Source: Candidatus Methanofastidiosum methylothiophilum (GTDB lineage Archaea > Methanobacteriota_B > Thermococci > Methanofastidiosales > Methanofastidiosaceae). Taken from it: a stretch of DNA of 64,000 nt. This document shows positions 17,086 through 26,879 of this stretch, one piece after another. The notes below the pieces were generated by a model. It made no database searches and was not told the DNA's origin. It saw nothing but the letters and a program-made list of their open reading frames with translations. The translations under genes were made by a program, and so were the position numbers. Numbering within the stretch: position 1 is the first letter of the stretch; each line of letters starts with the position of its first letter. Location: NCBI GenBank assembly GCA_001587575.1, contig LNJC01000001.1:47864-111863 (forward strand), written 5' to 3'.

Positions 17086-19715
17086 TAAGATTCCTCCACC
17101 AAGTAAATTATTCCCTCGTTTCCATCGATCTTAACCTTTTGACCGTTCTTGAAGATTTTTGTCGCGTTACTTACAGCTGTTACCGCAGGGATACCATACT
17201 CTCTTGATACAACTGCACCGTGGGACAGTATCCCTCCTGTTTCAGTTATTAGTCCCCCTATCTTAGAAAATACTGGGGTCCAGCCTGGGTCTGTATTAGA
17301 AGTTACTAAAATCTCATCATCTTTTACCTTGGGCAACTCTCTTATCGATTCGACTACCCTAATAATGCCAGTTGCAATTCCCGGGCTTGATGAAGTCCCA
17401 GTGACTTTAACTAGATTATCCTCTACCTCTATACTATCGTCAAATTCCACGTTACCTTTCAAGAACTTTGGCGGCAGAATATTCTTATACTTTTCAAACT
17501 CTTCTTTGCGTTTCTCAACTGTTTCCTTGTCAATTACGAGGTCTCCTTTAGAAATATCAAATATCTCCTCCTTAGAAAAGAAGAATATGTCCATCTGCGA
17601 ATCGATAATCCCTCTTTCTAAAAACCTCCTGCCGTATTCCATGAAGAGTCTCCTCTCTCTTGTTAGTTCGTGGTCAAGATAGAATCTTTGGTTCTCTCTG
17701 AAAATAAGATATCTCTGTGCATAGTCTAAGACCTTGGCAAATATGGGCTTTTTAATAAATCCGTTCTTTGTCTTTGAAACAGCATTAATTATCTCTACTT
17801 CTGCCTTTTGTCTCTCTTCCCTTTTTCTCTTTTCGACTTCTTCTAAATCAACTTCATTTGAATCGATAAGGCTTTTTAGAACTTCAGTTACAAGTGAAGG
17901 GTCATCTATCCATCTTGGATAGTAGATTTCTCTAGTGTGTGAGCGGTGACCGTAGTCGCTCATAAACTCATTGAACTTATACGAAAATTCTTTTAATTCC
18001 TCGTCCTTATCAAGACGGTCTAAAAACTCAGAAGAGGGAAGTTTCTTAATCAACTCAGTTACTTTTTTATTTTTCTTCGCTTCTTTTGCAAGTTTTGCCA
18101 TCTCTATATTTGTTACAATAGTTTTGTTATCAGGGAGGCCTGTGATTAGTTTAGAATATAGTACTCCAGATTTATCACCGAGCCAATCAGTTAGCCACCT
18201 TTTTAAAATAAGATTTGAACCTATGCTATGGGTAACCATCCCATATCTAATAAGCCTGTTGTGCTTTAGGAACTTTGCTCTTAATTTGACAAACTCTTCA
18301 TGTAATTCTTCATCATTTAAATTCTTTAGATCAATCTTGTCAAACTCTTTTATGTAGGATAAATAGTCATTTGCCCACTTTAGATAGGCTTTATCAGTAG
18401 TCGTTATTTTGCCATCAGGATCCATTATAGCAACTCTTACTTCAGCAAGAAGTCTCTTGAAGAGCTTTGCATCGGCATTTGCAATCCTCTCCTGCTCACT
18501 CTTTGGGAAGTAGTTAAGTAACTCTTTTGTTCTGCCAACTTTGGGATTATATGTAAATACATCCTCAAGTGCTTGTGCATTAAAGTATACGTGGCCTTTA
18601 TGTAATCTTAAGAGGTCCTTGTCCTTTAGCTCCTTGTAACCCATTATTTTAGCCCCTTCTTTGAATACATAATTCGATAGATTCTCACCAAGAAGAGAGA
18701 AGAAGAGAGGGGACGTTACATCAGCCCAGTATTCGTCAGAGTACCCCCTAGTCCAGAGGGTCTGGTCTTTTTCAATGGTGGTAATGCCCCTCGACTGCAA
18801 GATAAATATGCCTTCTTCTGAAGCTGCCCACTCAACATCTTGTGGCGATTTGAAATAAGCCTCAATCTTTTCCCCTAAATTTGATAAATAAATTATCTCT
18901 TCATCAGTTAAGGAGGGAAGCAGTTTCTTTGAACTTTCAATTTCCGAAGAAACACTTCCTTTATCAGAAAGATATATCCCCTTTGTCTTATTACTTATTT
19001 TTCTTTCAATAATCTCTTTAGATTTTTTTTCTAAAGTGAATCTATCTGGGCTTACAATACCTGAAACTATAGACTCTCCAAGGCCCCAGCTTGATTCAAT
19101 TACTATCTTGTCCTTATCTCCTGTTATTGGGTCAGCAGTGAACATGACACCCGCAGCCTTTGCATTTACCATGCTCTGAACTATAACAGCCATGCCACCT
19201 TCAAGATGAGAAATATTGTTATTGTGTCTGTAACTTATTGCCCTTTCGTTCCAGTAAGACGCCCAACAAAGTTTTACATGTTCAATAACATCTTTTGTTT
19301 TAATATTTAGAAAAGAGTCCTGTTGACCTGCAAAGGAAGCCTCTGCAAGGTCCTCTGCTAGAGCAGATGAACGCACTGCCCAAAGCTCTATTTTTTTATT
19401 TTTTGAAAGTATCTTTTCTATTTCATTTGATATTGATTTATCTATTGCCCCTGACAAAATTAGACCCTGAATATTTTTTGAAGTGCCGACAACGCTTTTT
19501 TTATAGTCATACTTCACTGTTTTTAGAAGCTCGGATATTTTTTCCTTGAAATTGTTATCATTAATAAATTTCTCGTAAGCTTCGGTTGTAACAACAAATC
19601 CATAAGGCACTTCAAATCCTTCTTTTTTTAATAAAGATAAATTCAATGCTTTGTTTCCAACTGAACTAGAATTGCTTTTTTTGACATCAGAAAAAGACAG
19701 TACGACATCTGACAT
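17085..19715 (-). CDS. PEP-utilizing-enzyme-family phosphotransferase with rifampin-phosphotransferase-like domain order; annotated in databases as PEP synthase-like but it lacks the PEP/pyruvate TIM-barrel domain
   Basis: An 876-aa protein whose N-terminus is a PPDK_N / ATP-grasp domain (VGNKALNLS, AVRSSALAEDLAEASFAGQQDSF, VIVQSMVNAKAAGVMFTADPITGD). The central ~450 aa are unassigned. The C-terminus is a PEP-utilizers mobile domain with a candidate phospho-His (GGILSHGAVVSREYGIPAVTAV). Confidence 0.7.
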   Translation of the reverse strand: MSDVVLSFSDVKKSNSSSVGNKALNLSLLKKEGFEVPYGFVVTTEAYEKFINDNNFKEKISELLKTVKYDYKKSVVGTSKNIQGLILSGAIDKSISNEIEKILSKNKKIELWAVRSSALAEDLAEASFAGQQDSFLNIKTKDVIEHVKLCWASYWNERAISYRHNNNISHLEGGMAVIVQSMVNAKAAGVMFTADPITGDKDKIVIESSWGLGESIVSGIVSPDRFTLEKKSKEIIERKISNKTKGIYLSDKGSVSSEIESSKKLLPSLTDEEIIYLSNLGEKIEAYFKSPQDVEWAASEEGIFILQSRGITTIEKDQTLWTRGYSDEYWADVTSPLFFSLLGENLSNYVFKEGAKIMGYKELKDKDLLRLHKGHVYFNAQALEDVFTYNPKVGRTKELLNYFPKSEQERIANADAKLFKRLLAEVRVAIMDPDGKITTTDKAYLKWANDYLSYIKEFDKIDLKNLNDEELHEEFVKLRAKFLKHNRLIRYGMVTHSIGSNLILKRWLTDWLGDKSGVLYSKLITGLPDNKTIVTNIEMAKLAKEAKKNKKVTELIKKLPSSEFLDRLDKDEELKEFSYKFNEFMSDYGHRSHTREIYYPRWIDDPSLVTEVLKSLIDSNEVDLEEVEKRKREERQKAEVEIINAVSKTKNGFIKKPIFAKVLDYAQRYLIFRENQRFYLDHELTRERRLFMEYGRRFLERGIIDSQMDIFFFSKEEIFDISKGDLVIDKETVEKRKEEFEKYKNILPPKFLKGNVEFDDSIEVEDNLVKVTGTSSSPGIATGIIRVVESIRELPKVKDDEILVTSNTDPGWTPVFSKIGGLITETGGILSHGAVVSREYGIPAVTAVSNATKIFKNGQKVKIDGNEGIIYLVEES

Positions 19716-19853
19716 AAAATCCCTTCTTTTTTTTAGTCATTTTGTTATTATATTTATAAAACTTTGTTTTTCCTAAATTTTTGCTTATTTCTATTAATTA
19801 TATTTATATTTTATTTCCATTAAAAATAAATAACTGGTTTCTTTATCTAGGCC

Positions 19854-21089
19854 ATGCATGTCCCAAAAACTAATCTTTGCACTATATGCAGGGGACATAA
19901 GAAACTATGTGGGCGAGGCATTTGCCCAATACTTGAAAAGAAGAGAATCAGGGAGTCAATAGTTCCTTTAATCAATAAGGATATCTTTGGCGCTTCGCCT
20001 TCTGCTTTTTTTGTAGGGGATTGGAACTATCCCAAGGTATTAGTTGGACCTTTAGTTCCACCAGTCCATGAAGGCACTGATATATTTGATCTACCGGAGG
20101 CATGGCACGGCAAGGAGCTTGACGAAATTATTAAATTTAGGTCACTTCTTGTTAGGTCAAAAGAATTTGTAAAAGTAACAGACGCTAAAAATCCCAAGGG
20201 ATACTTGGAAAAAAGTCAGGAAATAGTGATGTCAAAAAAACCTGTTGATGTCGAGCTGGTATTAAAGAAAACCCCCCACTTTGCTTTAGAATTTTCTCAA
20301 TTTTCTCCACCCACTGGACCTTCAGAATTCGTTGAAAGTTTTAAGATAGCAGAAAATCCTAAAGTGCCGAGAGTTATTGATAAGATTAATTCAGACGACA
20401 TAAAAGCGTCGAAGGGCATATCTCTACTCTATGATAAAGATATACCGGTGTCCCATATTTCAAAACTGTTGTCTGCAGGTCTTTTGGGGGAACAAAAAAA
20501 CAGAAAACTAGTACCTACTAGGTGGAGCATTACTGCAACTGATGACTCACTTTCCAAATCCCACTTAAAGAAGATTAAATCTTCTCCAGAAATAAATAAG
20601 TTTGAAATATATCACGACGAAGATGTGGGAAACAAGTTTGTTGTAATATTATTTCCTTCAATGTGGTGCTACGAGTTCCTTGAATGCTGGCTACCTGGAT
20701 CATTGTTCTTAGAGAGCTCCCTTTCTCCAAATGTGATATCAGACCATGAGTTATTTGATGGTAGAAATGAGTATGCATCGCTTACGGCAGGTGCATATTA
20801 TGCAGCAAGATTTTCAGTCACAGAACACCTTTATGAAAGGAGGAGACAGTCAGGTGCACTAGTATTTATGGAAGTTCACCCTTCTTATCACACTCCAGTT
20901 GGGGTATGGAGAGTCAGGGAAATAACAAGAAATGCTTTGCAAAAAAAGCCCGAATCTTTTGATACAGAGGAAGAAGTACTAAAAAAAGCTTCAGAAATAC
21001 TATCGCTTCCATTTGAAAAATATAGAGAAAAGAGCAATATATTAAGTTTCAAGCACAGACAGAAGACATTATCTGATTGGATGAACTGA
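19854..21089 (+). CDS. NreA-like archaeal DNA repair protein (Nre family)
   Basis: The N-terminus CTICRGHKKLCGRGICPIL (a Cys4 cluster) and the ~410-aa length match the archaeal Nre family. Confidence 0.55.
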   Translation: MHVPKTNLCTICRGHKKLCGRGICPILEKKRIRESIVPLINKDIFGASPSAFFVGDWNYPKVLVGPLVPPVHEGTDIFDLPEAWHGKELDEIIKFRSLLVRSKEFVKVTDAKNPKGYLEKSQEIVMSKKPVDVELVLKKTPHFALEFSQFSPPTGPSEFVESFKIAENPKVPRVIDKINSDDIKASKGISLLYDKDIPVSHISKLLSAGLLGEQKNRKLVPTRWSITATDDSLSKSHLKKIKSSPEINKFEIYHDEDVGNKFVVILFPSMWCYEFLECWLPGSLFLESSLSPNVISDHELFDGRNEYASLTAGAYYAARFSVTEHLYERRRQSGALVFMEVHPSYHTPVGVWRVREITRNALQKKPESFDTEEEVLKKASEILSLPFEKYREKSNILSFKHRQKTLSDWMN

Positions 21090-21137
21090 TGAGAAAGGCT
21101 TTTATCCTTTTTAACTAGTAATATTCTAGGTGTATTT

Positions 21138-22418
21138 ATGGAAATTAGAGAATTTATCGCTCATGAAAAAGACATTATCAAAATTGATAGAGAGTTAGAG
21201 AAATATGAGATGGCAAAGATAATTCATGAGAATCCAACTAAAATATTACAGTTTAAAGATAAAGGCTACGATGTTTTTTGTAATATATGGTCTACTAGAG
21301 ATCGTGTTGCAAAATATCTGAAATTGGACAAATCAAAGCTCCTTTTTTCTTTGAAAGAAGCCATGGATAAACCAACACCTTACAAAATCGTCGATAAAAG
21401 TCCATTCATTGAAAACGAGGTTAAAAATTTTGATCTTAGAAAAATTCCAATTCAATACCATTACCCACAAGATGGCGGACCCTATGTTACGTCAGGTGTT
21501 GTTTTTGTAAAAGATGAAAAGGGCAACAGAAACATGTCCTTTCATAGAATGATGGTAACAGGAAAGGACACTTTTACAATAAGAATAGTCCCAAGACATC
21601 TCTTTGCAATGTATAACGAAGCAAAGGCAAAGAACAAGGATTTAGAAATCGTTTTGGTCATAGGACTTCCCCCTTACGTGCTTTTACCTGCTGCAATGTC
21701 TATATCTTATGGTATAAATGAACTTGAGATTGCAAATACATTAAAGAAAATGGGACTGGGCAATGAACTTACTGCATATAGATTTGAAAATGGAATCGAT
21801 GTTCCAACTTCTTCTCAATTTGTTTTTTGTGGAAGGATAACTCTTGAAGAAGGAGATGAAGGCCCATTTGTAGACATAACTGGGACTTATGACTTTGTAA
21901 GAAAACAGCCCGTAGTAAAGATAGACAAGGTCTACCAAGCAAAAAATGCATTTTTCCATGCACTCATGCCAGGAGGATATGAGCACTTCCTTTTGATGGG
22001 GATGCCAAGAGAGCCAATCATCTATGAGGGCGTATCAAAAGTTGTTCCAAAGGTATATGGCGTTAGATTGACAGAAGGCGGGGATTGCTGGCTTCATGGA
22101 GTTGTATCGATTAAAAAGCAGAAAGAAGGTGATGGAAAGAACGCTATAATGGCTGCACTCGCATCACATCCTTCAATGAAGAGAGTTGTTATTGTAGATG
22201 AGGACATAGATATCTATTCAGACACAGATGTAGAATGGGCAATTGCAACTAGATTTCAGGCCGATAAAGATTTATTAGTTGTGACAAACGCCGCAGGCTC
22301 AAGTCTTGATCCTTCAGTTAAAGGTGATGGCACCACAGCAAAGATGGGAATTGATGCAACAATGCCCTTAAAGAATAATGAAGGATATAAAAGAGCAATA
22401 AATTTCCTTAAAAAATAA
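21138..22418 (+). CDS. UbiD-family (prenyl-FMN-dependent) decarboxylase, possibly the anhydromevalonate-phosphate decarboxylase type
   Basis: A 426-aa protein with UbiD-like N-terminal and central regions. The specific substrate cannot be assigned from the sequence. Confidence 0.55.
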   Translation: MEIREFIAHEKDIIKIDRELEKYEMAKIIHENPTKILQFKDKGYDVFCNIWSTRDRVAKYLKLDKSKLLFSLKEAMDKPTPYKIVDKSPFIENEVKNFDLRKIPIQYHYPQDGGPYVTSGVVFVKDEKGNRNMSFHRMMVTGKDTFTIRIVPRHLFAMYNEAKAKNKDLEIVLVIGLPPYVLLPAAMSISYGINELEIANTLKKMGLGNELTAYRFENGIDVPTSSQFVFCGRITLEEGDEGPFVDITGTYDFVRKQPVVKIDKVYQAKNAFFHALMPGGYEHFLLMGMPREPIIYEGVSKVVPKVYGVRLTEGGDCWLHGVVSIKKQKEGDGKNAIMAALASHPSMKRVVIVDEDIDIYSDTDVEWAIATRFQADKDLLVVTNAAGSSLDPSVKGDGTTAKMGIDATMPLKNNEGYKRAINFLKK

Positions 22419-22422
22419 TTTA

Positions 22423-23289
22423 TTATTTTTCTCTTGTAATTATTAAAATTGCAATTAAAATCAATGCCCCACCAATTATGGTACCTTGTGTAACTCTTTC
22501 GCTTAATATAAAATAGGCAAGGATACCTGCTAAAACACCTTCAGATAATACTATGACCGAGGCTTTAGTTGCGATAATATGTTTTAATGCGATACTGTAC
22601 AAGAGAAAAGCGCCTGCAGTGCATAGGAATCCTAGTATAAACAACATCGAAAGAGAAAAAGGAGTAAGTATTTCTGAGCCGTAGAAAAATGGCGACATAA
22701 TAATAGTTGCAAATATGAACATCCAGAGGGTAGTTGTTAGGCCGTCATATTTCTTACCAAGAGCCCTTATACTTATTGTATACAAAGCCCACCCAAATCC
22801 GGAAAAAGTTGACATGACATTTCCATAGAAGTTTGTCGTGACGTTCATAGAAGAGAGGTCATAATAAAAAATAATAAACCCGCCTGCAATACCAATCAAT
22901 ACAGCAACAGCAGTTTTCTTTGATGCCTTTTCTTTTAATAATAGTGCAGAAATAACAAGGACGTAAAGCGGTGCCATCTGTTGCAAAAATACAGTATTTG
23001 CTATGGTGGTAGTTTTAAGGCCAATTGTATAGGTATAGATTGTAAATGATAGTAAAATTGCAGGAACTAAAAGGTAGGGGATGTCCTTTAAATTTATTTT
23101 AATAGTTGAAGATTTTTTTGTTATAATTCCATATATCAGTAGAACAAGTGAAGCAAAAAGGAACCTATATGCGACTATCATTCCAGAATTTACTTCAGGA
23201 ATCCACCTCACAGGTATGCCTATGAAGCTCCATAAAATTACGGCAAAGAAAGTATAGGATACTCCTAGATAATTATCTTTATGGTCCAT
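22423..23289 (-). CDS. EamA/DMT-family transporter
   Basis: It has ten predicted TM helices and the duplicated EamA pattern. Confidence 0.6.
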   Translation of the reverse strand: MDHKDNYLGVSYTFFAVILWSFIGIPVRWIPEVNSGMIVAYRFLFASLVLLIYGIITKKSSTIKINLKDIPYLLVPAILLSFTIYTYTIGLKTTTIANTVFLQQMAPLYVLVISALLLKEKASKKTAVAVLIGIAGGFIIFYYDLSSMNVTTNFYGNVMSTFSGFGWALYTISIRALGKKYDGLTTTLWMFIFATIIMSPFFYGSEILTPFSLSMLFILGFLCTAGAFLLYSIALKHIIATKASVIVLSEGVLAGILAYFILSERVTQGTIIGGALILIAILIITREK

Positions 23290-24149
23290 TAAATCAAATC
23301 TTGTTTTTTACTACTTTTCCTTTTTAGGTATAAAATATAGGCTGCGATTATTATCGCCAACATCCCTAAATATAGGGCCCAAGAGGGAAATGATCCCTCT
23401 GGAGTATCTCCTAGCCATGCGAATAAATTCTTTGCAAATTGTTTGTTATTCTTGTCTCCTATTTTCCCGTTATCAAAAATAAATGAGCTACCTATTACTG
23501 CTACTTTGCCACTCCCTTTTTCAGAAACTGCAACTATGACGATATTTTCCCCGCCAAGGGGCTCGCTTCCAAGAGCAAAGGTATCGTTGTCTCCTCTTGC
23601 TATTGCAATAGCGTTTCCTTTAATCTCAAGAGATGCTGGCTTGTATAAAATAATTGATTCAATCCCTTCATTAATTGGATGTTTTGCTAAGTTGTGTATA
23701 ATTGGGGTACAGCTGCATCCCTGCCTGTTTGTAGGATCATCAGTTCCATTTTTCATAATTCTAATCCCAAAATGGCCTAGAAGCGAATTAAGAGAATCTC
23801 TTGTTGTATCTATCATGTCATGCTCATGAGATCCAAGAACAAGAAGGCTTCCTCCATTTTCAACAAATTTCATGAGAGCATTTATTTCACTTTCTTCTAA
23901 AGGATTATTAATATTCCACAAAACAACTATATCGCTCCCCTTAAGGCTACTGTCAGAAAAGGGCTCAGTGCTAACTTTATTCTTAAATCCCATAGAAGAT
24001 AGTTCTTGAAAAAGATATCTTCCAGTTCCTTCGGGGTCACCCCACCAGTTATCTGTATCGTGGTATTTATCGATTAATATCGTTTTTTCAGCAGAGACAA
24101 AATTTAGGGATAATAATAAAAATATTAATGCGAAAGCATATTTTTTCAT
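23289..24149 (-). CDS. Secreted, C-terminally membrane-anchored DUF4350-like protein
   Basis: It has a signal peptide, the motif VENGGSLLVLGS, and a C-terminal TM helix followed by a basic tail. It is a paralog of the 28451-29923 gene. Confidence 0.5.
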   Translation of the reverse strand: MKKYAFALIFLLLSLNFVSAEKTILIDKYHDTDNWWGDPEGTGRYLFQELSSMGFKNKVSTEPFSDSSLKGSDIVVLWNINNPLEESEINALMKFVENGGSLLVLGSHEHDMIDTTRDSLNSLLGHFGIRIMKNGTDDPTNRQGCSCTPIIHNLAKHPINEGIESIILYKPASLEIKGNAIAIARGDNDTFALGSEPLGGENIVIVAVSEKGSGKVAVIGSSFIFDNGKIGDKNNKQFAKNLFAWLGDTPEGSFPSWALYLGMLAIIIAAYILYLKRKSSKKQDLI

Positions 24150-24187
24150 AAAAGTTAATTCAAGATTCGATTTATAAATATTTTTAA

Positions 24188-24598
24188 TTAGTTTTTCCTT
24201 TGTTGCTCAGCTTCTAAAAATCTCCTTTGGGCCATAATACAATTATCATAGATTACATCTATCCCATTATTCTTACAAAATATTATAGCTTCTTCAGATT
24301 CAGATCCTGGCTGCATCCAAACCTTAGTGATCCCTAGCTCTTTGCACTCCTTTACTATCTGCTCTGTGACATGCGGTGGAACTACTGTATCGACAACATC
24401 TACTTTTGTTGGTATTTCTGAAAGAGAATGGTAGCATTTATCCCCTTCTACAGTATCTGCTTTTGGATTTACTGGAATTACTTTGTAACCCGAAGCTCTT
24501 AAGTCTCTATATATTATATTTCCATATTTGTCCCTGTTGTCCGATGCGCCAACTATAGCTATAACATTTTTTTTGTCAAGAAAAGCCTTAAAGTCCAA
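24188..24598 (-). CDS. CoA-binding domain protein
   Basis: The motif VIAIVGASDNRDKYGNIIYRDL and the 136-aa length fit a CoA-binding domain. Confidence 0.65.
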   Translation of the reverse strand: MDFKAFLDKKNVIAIVGASDNRDKYGNIIYRDLRASGYKVIPVNPKADTVEGDKCYHSLSEIPTKVDVVDTVVPPHVTEQIVKECKELGITKVWMQPGSESEEAIIFCKNNGIDVIYDNCIMAQRRFLEAEQQRKN

Positions 24599-24602
24599 AA
24601 TC

Positions 24603-25754
24603 TCACATCCTCTTTATAACTTTTTCAATTCTGTCCATAGCTTCAGAAAGATCACTCTGCGGAACGTCAGCAAATGAAAACCTTACATAACCGTCCCAAT
24701 CCTTTCCAAATGAGATTCCAGGAACGCATAATACTTTAGCGACCTTTAACAAGAACTTTGCAAATCCGAGTGAATCCATCCTGTAAGAAGAAATGTCTGA
24801 AAATGCATAGTATGCACCTTCAGGAAGATTTGAAGGGAGCCCAATTTCATTTAGTCTCTTAACAACAAAGTCTCTTCTCTTCCTGTATTCTTCAGTTGTT
24901 GCTTTAACAAAATTTAATGATGTTTCATCATTAACAGCCTTTAAAGCTGCAACTTGAATGAAGTCAGGGGCACTAACAACTAAGCTATTATGTATGGGTA
25001 AAATATTATCAATTATATCTTCTGTGGAATGCATGTACCCTATTCTCCACCCTGTCATAGAGTAGGCCTTTGAGAATCCAGATAGAGTTATAATATTCTC
25101 CTTTCCGTATTTTGCAATACTCTCATGCTTCTTTTCAAAAACAATATAGTCATATATCTCATCTGAAATCACAAGAAAATCCTGATTTGTGGCCATACGT
25201 TGAAGACTCTTTAGTTGCCTTCCATCGTAAATCTTACCAGTTGGATTGTTTGGTACATTAATAAGCATGGCCTTAGTTCTTTCATCAACTATATCTTCAA
25301 TTGCTTCAATATCTAGGGAGAAATCTCCCTCTTTGCAAGGGACTTCTACAACATCCGCTCCTACAAACTCTGCCATTATCCTGAAAAAAGGATGTGATGG
25401 AGTTGGAATTATAACTTTATCTCCTCTTTCAGCGTAAGTCATAAGCGATATGGATATGCCTTCGCTCACCCCAACTGTAACAAGTATCTCTTCAGGGGTG
25501 GCATCTATTTTATTGTAATCTCTCATCTTGTTAGCTAGAGCAACTCTCAACTCTTCAATTCCTCTTGAAAGAGTGTATTTAGTATGCCCTTCATCCAGGG
25601 CCTTTTTTGCAGCATTAATAACAGGGAGGGGAGTTTTAAAGACGGGCTTTCCTTGACCCATATTTATGAGACCTTCAACTTTTTTAGCAAGCTCATTCAT
25701 CTCTTCAATACCTGATAATTTTATCTTTTCTACACCAGAAGCAACTTTCACCAT
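24603..25754 (-). CDS. Class I/II (aspartate-type) PLP-dependent aminotransferase
   Basis: A 383-aa protein with the PLP lysine region (SGFSKAYSMTGWRIGY) and a fold-type I pattern. Confidence 0.75.
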   Translation of the reverse strand: MVKVASGVEKIKLSGIEEMNELAKKVEGLINMGQGKPVFKTPLPVINAAKKALDEGHTKYTLSRGIEELRVALANKMRDYNKIDATPEEILVTVGVSEGISISLMTYAERGDKVIIPTPSHPFFRIMAEFVGADVVEVPCKEGDFSLDIEAIEDIVDERTKAMLINVPNNPTGKIYDGRQLKSLQRMATNQDFLVISDEIYDYIVFEKKHESIAKYGKENIITLSGFSKAYSMTGWRIGYMHSTEDIIDNILPIHNSLVVSAPDFIQVAALKAVNDETSLNFVKATTEEYRKRRDFVVKRLNEIGLPSNLPEGAYYAFSDISSYRMDSLGFAKFLLKVAKVLCVPGISFGKDWDGYVRFSFADVPQSDLSEAMDRIEKVIKRM

Positions 25755-25811
25755 ATACCTTACTTATGAGAAATTATATTTAATAATTTCGGTATAAACC
25801 TTAAAAACAAA

Positions 25812-26870
25812 TTGCTTCTAATTTTAATCATGATAGCAAGTATTATTGGAGCTACAGGATATACTGGTGGAGAAGTATTAAGGCTTCTTTTAAATCATAA
25901 TAATATTGAGATAGGAATTCTTACTTCCGAAAGTTATGCAGGAAAGAAAGTTTCTGATGTTCATCCAAATCTTACAGGATTAGTTAATCAGAACTTTGTT
26001 GAGTTAAATATGGACAAAATTATAGAAGAGTCTGATGTTATTTTTGCAGCATTGCCACATGGAGCATCAAATGAGATTATCTCAAAAATATATTCAATCA
26101 ACGAGAATGTCAATTTGATAGATCTAAGCGGTGATTTTAGATTCGATGATTTAGCTGTTTATGAAGAATGGTACAAAATAAAACATACAGATCCTGAATT
26201 GAATAAAAAGGCAGTTTTTGGATTACCTGAATTATATAAAGAAAAAATAAAAAAAGCCAAGTTAATTGCAAATCCTGGCTGCTATCCCACAAGTGCAATC
26301 TTAGGTTCCGCACCTCTTTTAAAAAATAAACTTGTAAAGACCGATGTAATTGTCGATTCAAAATCAGGAGTTTCAGGAGCCGGTAAAAAACTTACAGCTA
26401 ACACTCATTTTCCAGAAGCTAATGAAAATTTCTCTGCTTACGGAATAGCTACTCACAGGCATTCTCCAGAGATACAACAGGAAATGGAAAAACTATTTGG
26501 AAACAAAGTAAACTTATCCTTTACACCACACCTTGTACCAATCAATAGAGGAATACTTACTACAATTTACATGACTTTCAACGAGTTCATGGAAACAAAG
26601 GACGTGATTAGCCTCTATCGTGAATTCTATAAAGACTGTCCATTTGTCAGAGTCTTGGAAGAAGGTAAATTCCCCCAAACTAAAGCTGTTTCTGGCTCTA
26701 ATTACTGCGATATAGGAATAAAATCAGATAAGAGAACTGGTAGGGTAATTGCAGTTTCAGCAATTGATAATCTCGTTAAAGGGGCTTCAGGCCAGGCCAT
26801 ACAGAACATGAATCTCATGATGGGATTTGATGAAAAAGAAGGTCTTAGGGTAGTTCCACTTTATCCATGA
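25812..26870 (+). CDS. argC: N-acetyl-gamma-glutamyl-phosphate reductase (ArgC/LysY)
   Basis: It has the N-terminal motif ASIIGATGYTGGEVLRLL and the catalytic Cys region ANPGCYPTSA. Confidence 0.85.
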   Translation: MLLILIMIASIIGATGYTGGEVLRLLLNHNNIEIGILTSESYAGKKVSDVHPNLTGLVNQNFVELNMDKIIEESDVIFAALPHGASNEIISKIYSINENVNLIDLSGDFRFDDLAVYEEWYKIKHTDPELNKKAVFGLPELYKEKIKKAKLIANPGCYPTSAILGSAPLLKNKLVKTDVIVDSKSGVSGAGKKLTANTHFPEANENFSAYGIATHRHSPEIQQEMEKLFGNKVNLSFTPHLVPINRGILTTIYMTFNEFMETKDVISLYREFYKDCPFVRVLEEGKFPQTKAVSGSNYCDIGIKSDKRTGRVIAVSAIDNLVKGASGQAIQNMNLMMGFDEKEGLRVVPLYP

Positions 26871-26879
26871 GGTGAAAGA

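Noticed and set aside
17149-18357. Plus-strand ORFs within the 876-aa phosphotransferase gene
   Set aside because: They are antisense, Ser/Leu-rich and low-complexity.
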